A stretch of 42,079 nt of DNA from Candidatus Enterousia sp. (GTDB taxonomy: Bacteria; Pseudomonadota; Alphaproteobacteria; Rs-D84): contig JAZTWE010000021.1 in NCBI GenBank assembly GCA_045635705.1, forward strand, positions 1-42,079, in the 5' to 3' direction. The position numbers were made by a program, and so were the translations under genes. Positions 38,891 to 42,079 of the stretch are shown in pieces. Numbering within the stretch: position 1 is the stretch's first letter; each line of letters begins with the position of its first letter. The notes below the pieces were generated by a model, which saw only the letters and a list, made by a program, of their open reading frames with translations, had not been told where the DNA came from and made no database searches.

Positions 38891-39974
38891 ACGAATATTC
38901 TTTTGGCATCAGTATAAACATTTCACCCTGTGAATGCTGTCCCTGGGCCCATTTATACGCTTCGTCCCCTTTGCCAAAGAAAATATCGGCACGAATCCAT
39001 CCCTTAATCGCACTACCTGTATCCTGGGCAATCATCAGGCGACGAAACGCGCGCCCATCTGACAGATTGGTACTGATATAAACAGGCATACCAACAGTAT
39101 AGATATCATCATCAACCGCGATACTGCGAATCTTGGACAACGGCGTTCCAATCTTGCCGATTACATCTGGTGGTGTTGATTCATAGAAATACACATACCG
39201 TGGATTCTTGTAAATAACATCCTTGGCCAATGTTGGGTTTTGTTTCAGGTGTGCCCACACCGCTTCTGATGAAAATCCACCGGCCGGACGAATCCCACGA
39301 TTACGCAATTCTTCACCAATTGATTTGAACGGCATATCATTGACCGCGGCAAAGTTCAATTTTACATCTGTGCCATCTTCCAGTCTCAGGTTTCCAGACC
39401 CCTGGATTTGAATATTTTGCACATCGACAATATTTGCCCAATATAACACCCGCCCTATTTTCTTTTCAACAATGTCCTTTTTTGAAACACCTTTATAGTT
39501 TCGACCATCTGTCGGCACACCCATCAGCGGTTCATTACACTGTGCCGTTTGGGTCCGACACGCTGGGATAATTGGCGAATAATACCCAGTATATGTCCCC
39601 CGTGTTCCCCCATTATCATTATAGACCTTGTACGGCTGAAAGTTTGATTCAAACCACGCGCGCACTGTTGCCACATCTGCCGATGCCGATGGCAACATAC
39701 TGCATTTTTCTGCGACCAATTGTCTATCCGGGACCACGCGTCCAACATATTGCAACTTTGCCTTGCAAGTATTACGAAACGCCTGCAACGCATACCGCAC
39801 ATCATCATCACGCCACCCTGGCAGTTCAGAATAAGAAACCTTGCGCAAATTCGACGGAATAACAGAATTATCCCCCTGGTGTGTTGGTGTTGAAACATCG
39901 CACGACGCCAAAACGAACGCCGCCACCACCGTACAAATCCCACGAATTATGAATTTTTTATCAATAAAAGACAT
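38874..39974 (-). CDS. mltA: Membrane-bound lytic murein transglycosylase A (lipoprotein)
   Basis: Lipobox LASC, YTGYYSP, IQIQGSG, NPRYVYF, IAQDTGSAIKG, RADIFFG. Confidence 0.92.
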   Translation of the reverse strand: MSFIDKKFIIRGICTVVAAFVLASCDVSTPTHQGDNSVIPSNLRKVSYSELPGWRDDDVRYALQAFRNTCKAKLQYVGRVVPDRQLVAEKCSMLPSASADVATVRAWFESNFQPYKVYNDNGGTRGTYTGYYSPIIPACRTQTAQCNEPLMGVPTDGRNYKGVSKKDIVEKKIGRVLYWANIVDVQNIQIQGSGNLRLEDGTDVKLNFAAVNDMPFKSIGEELRNRGIRPAGGFSSEAVWAHLKQNPTLAKDVIYKNPRYVYFYESTPPDVIGKIGTPLSKIRSIAVDDDIYTVGMPVYISTNLSDGRAFRRLMIAQDTGSAIKGWIRADIFFGKGDEAYKWAQGQHSQGEMFILMPKEYSYVKPQ

Positions 39975-40057
39975 TTTTCCCGCGTCCCCCACTTGTAAAA
40001 TTATTTTATAATGTTATATTAGCATAAAACGATGCGTAAAAAAAAGGAGAAAACGCA

Positions 40058-40483
40058 ATGGCAAAATTTAATATTATTTCCCAGTTTTTAAAAGACATCT
40101 CTTTCGAAAGCCCAAATGTTCCAGAATTATTCTTCAAACAGGACAACGGCCAGGCTAAACTGGAAATCAACATTGACATTCAGATAAAGGGTGCCGAAAA
40201 CAACCTGTTCATGGTTGACCTGATTACCAAGGTACATTCAAAACTGGAAGCCGGCGAAAAATCTATCTTTTTAATTGAATCAACATATTCCGGCCTGGTT
40301 CAAATGGAAGAAGAAAAAGATGAAGAAGTCAAAAAGCGCACATTGCTGATTGATGTTCCAACATTATTGTTCCCAGCTGTTCGTGCATTGATTACCCGTC
40401 TGACATCTGAATCAGGATTTCCAACCTTTGCGATGCAGCCGGTTGATTTCGCACAATTGTACGAACAGAAACAGGCAAAATAA
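40058..40483 (+). CDS. secB: Protein-export chaperone SecB
   Basis: QFLKDISFESP, VPTLLFPAVR, SGFP, PVDFAQLY; AGGAG SD. Confidence 0.93.
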   Translation: MAKFNIISQFLKDISFESPNVPELFFKQDNGQAKLEINIDIQIKGAENNLFMVDLITKVHSKLEAGEKSIFLIESTYSGLVQMEEEKDEEVKKRTLLIDVPTLLFPAVRALITRLTSESGFPTFAMQPVDFAQLYEQKQAK

Positions 40484-40498
40484 AAATTGCAACCCAAC

Positions 40499-40527
40499 AA
40501 AAAAACGCCCAAACGGGCGTCTTTTTA
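40499..40527. terminator. Bidirectional intrinsic terminator
   Basis: aaaaaaacgccc-aaac-gggcgtcttttt between secB and mnmE. Confidence 0.8.
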
Positions 40528-41832
40528 TTTTCCCAAACACAATTGCCCAAATGTTTTATCCAACACTTCGGCGGCGGTAATTGTGCCTAAAATTTTACCA
40601 ATGGCATCTGCGGCACATCTGACATGTTCTGCAAAAATATCATAATTGTCGCCGGCCGCAATTGCCAAACCTAAATCTTTATGCGCAGATTCCAGCAACA
40701 CCTTGGTTCGTGCATTTACAACCAACGCATCTTCGCCCCCATCCATCAGACTATGAATCCTTTCCCGAATTGCATTCATCAGACTATCCATACCCGCCCC
40801 TGTTTTCGCCGATGTATAGATAACACCATCTGTCACCTGATTTTTCACCAAATCAGATTTATTAATCACAATAATTTCATTATTTGCACTTTGAACTTTG
40901 AACTTTGAACACTGTTGTTCGTGTGTAAACACGCGAACAACAATATCCGCGTTTTCAATTTCATCATGTGTACGCTGAATACCGATAGATTCAATTACAT
41001 CTGTCGTTTCACGAATTCCCGCCGTATCAGACAGGTTTACCATATACCCATCGACATCAATCGTAGCCGACACAACATCACGCGTTGTACCTGCGATATC
41101 CGACACAATTGCACGATTTGCACCAACCATATAATTAAAGATTGACGATTTGCCAACATTGGTTTCACCAACCAGTACCACATTTACCCCGCCACGAATT
41201 GCACGCGCCATGCGATACCCACGCAACGCCACGCCAATTTCATCATACAATCCCTGTGCATGCTGCTTAATCGTATCACCAATATTCGCCGGCAGGTCAT
41301 CGGGACTGTAATCCAACATGGCCGCCGCATAGGCCGACACCTCTATCATTTTATCGCGCCACGCATTGTATATTTCACTATCGCGCCCCAGCATTGATTT
41401 CAACGCATACTTGCGTTGTTTATCTGTCTGTGCATCCAGCAATGCCGCCAACCCATCAACATCCGCCAAATCCATTTTATTATTGTAAAATGCGCGTCGT
41501 GAAAATTCACCAGGTTCCGCCATACGCATGCCCAATCCCCCCAGGTATTCAAATACCGCACTTATCACCGCCGGCGCACCGTGTGTATGCAACTCAATAA
41601 CATCCTGGCCGGTAAAAGAATTCGGTGCCGGGAAATAAATTGCCAAACATTGATCAATTAAATCCCCCGCCCCATCGCGCAGATTACAAAAATATGCAAA
41701 CCGACTTTTCACATCAGACTTGTTTACAAACCCAGCAAACACATTCCCCAGCGCATCACCCGATATGCGAATAACCGCAACACCGGATTTACCGTGCCCG
41801 CTTGATAAAGCAAAGATTGTATCATTATTCAT
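40525..41832 (-). CDS. mnmE: tRNA modification GTPase MnmE
   Basis: DTIFALSSG, PNSFTGQD, GETNVGKSS, AGTTRD, DTAGIR, NKSD, C-terminal LCLGK. Confidence 0.96.
   Translation of the reverse strand: MNNDTIFALSSGHGKSGVAVIRISGDALGNVFAGFVNKSDVKSRFAYFCNLRDGAGDLIDQCLAIYFPAPNSFTGQDVIELHTHGAPAVISAVFEYLGGLGMRMAEPGEFSRRAFYNNKMDLADVDGLAALLDAQTDKQRKYALKSMLGRDSEIYNAWRDKMIEVSAYAAAMLDYSPDDLPANIGDTIKQHAQGLYDEIGVALRGYRMARAIRGGVNVVLVGETNVGKSSIFNYMVGANRAIVSDIAGTTRDVVSATIDVDGYMVNLSDTAGIRETTDVIESIGIQRTHDEIENADIVVRVFTHEQQCSKFKVQSANNEIIVINKSDLVKNQVTDGVIYTSAKTGAGMDSLMNAIRERIHSLMDGGEDALVVNARTKVLLESAHKDLGLAIAAGDNYDIFAEHVRCAADAIGKILGTITAAEVLDKTFGQLCLGK
40883..40910. repeat. Four tandem 7-mers (tttgcac, then tttgaac x3) inside mnmE
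   Basis: On the coding strand gttcaaa x3 + gtgcaaa, translated within CSKFKVQSAN; same units as the 1580-1629 palindrome. Confidence 0.8.
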
Positions 41833-41833
41833 T

Positions 41834-42079
41834 TTACTTATTTCCACTTATCTCTTTTAACGCCATCGGTACCAGTGCGGCAACATCCGCACCCGGATTT
41901 GCATTAACTAATTTTTGGGCCATTTCCAAGATATCCAAACGACGATAGCCTAATGCCTCTAACGCCATCAGCAAATCAGGCAAAGCAGAGCCCGCCCCCA
42001 TTGTCGCACCCGCATCTGGTGCAAACAACGACGCCGACACACCGCCCACTTTATTCTTTAATTCAACAATGATTTTTTC
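41834..42079 (-). CDS. ruvA: Holliday junction branch-migration protein RuvA (C-terminal part)
   Basis: Frame open to the window edge: EKIIVELKNK...DLLMALEALGYRR...ALKEI, matching the RuvA domain II end and domain III. Confidence 0.85.
   Translation of the reverse strand, partial: EKIIVELKNKVGGVSASLFAPDAGATMGAGSALPDLLMALEALGYRRLDILEMAQKLVNANPGADVAALVPMALKEISGNK

Overview
Mostly core chromosome of a Gram-negative alphaproteobacterium with a compact genome; the gene set and protein style resemble the gut-associated Rs-D84/'Ca. Enterousia' group, but that placement is inference only. Housekeeping genes present: infB (partial), nusA, lptF, lptD, surA-like, rlmN, mutL, greA, lptG, xerD, a DnaJ-domain gene, a TPR gene, a pseudouridine synthase, rsmE, trxB, serS, typA, ftsK, recA, ruvC, DUF721/DciA, mltA, secB, mnmE and ruvA (partial). 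Also present are five surface-polysaccharide genes, an orphan VirD4/TraG coupling ATPase and several secreted Cys-rich or Gly-zipper hypothetical proteins. I saw no tRNA, rRNA, CRISPR array or IS element. The most striking features absent from the ORF track are: (1) four micro-ORFs (11, 7, 7 and 18 aa) directly after recA, each with its own Shine-Dalgarno; (2) a Ser-rich leader peptide behind a near-consensus promoter upstream of serS; (3) a phage c4/CI-like antisense RNA cassette in front of a variable secreted Cys-rich protein; (4) an in-frame TAA that cuts off the CNHGRP motif of MutL; (5) a GT(T/G)CAAA heptamer repeat found both as an intergenic palindrome and inside mnmE; (6) several apparently leaderless genes.
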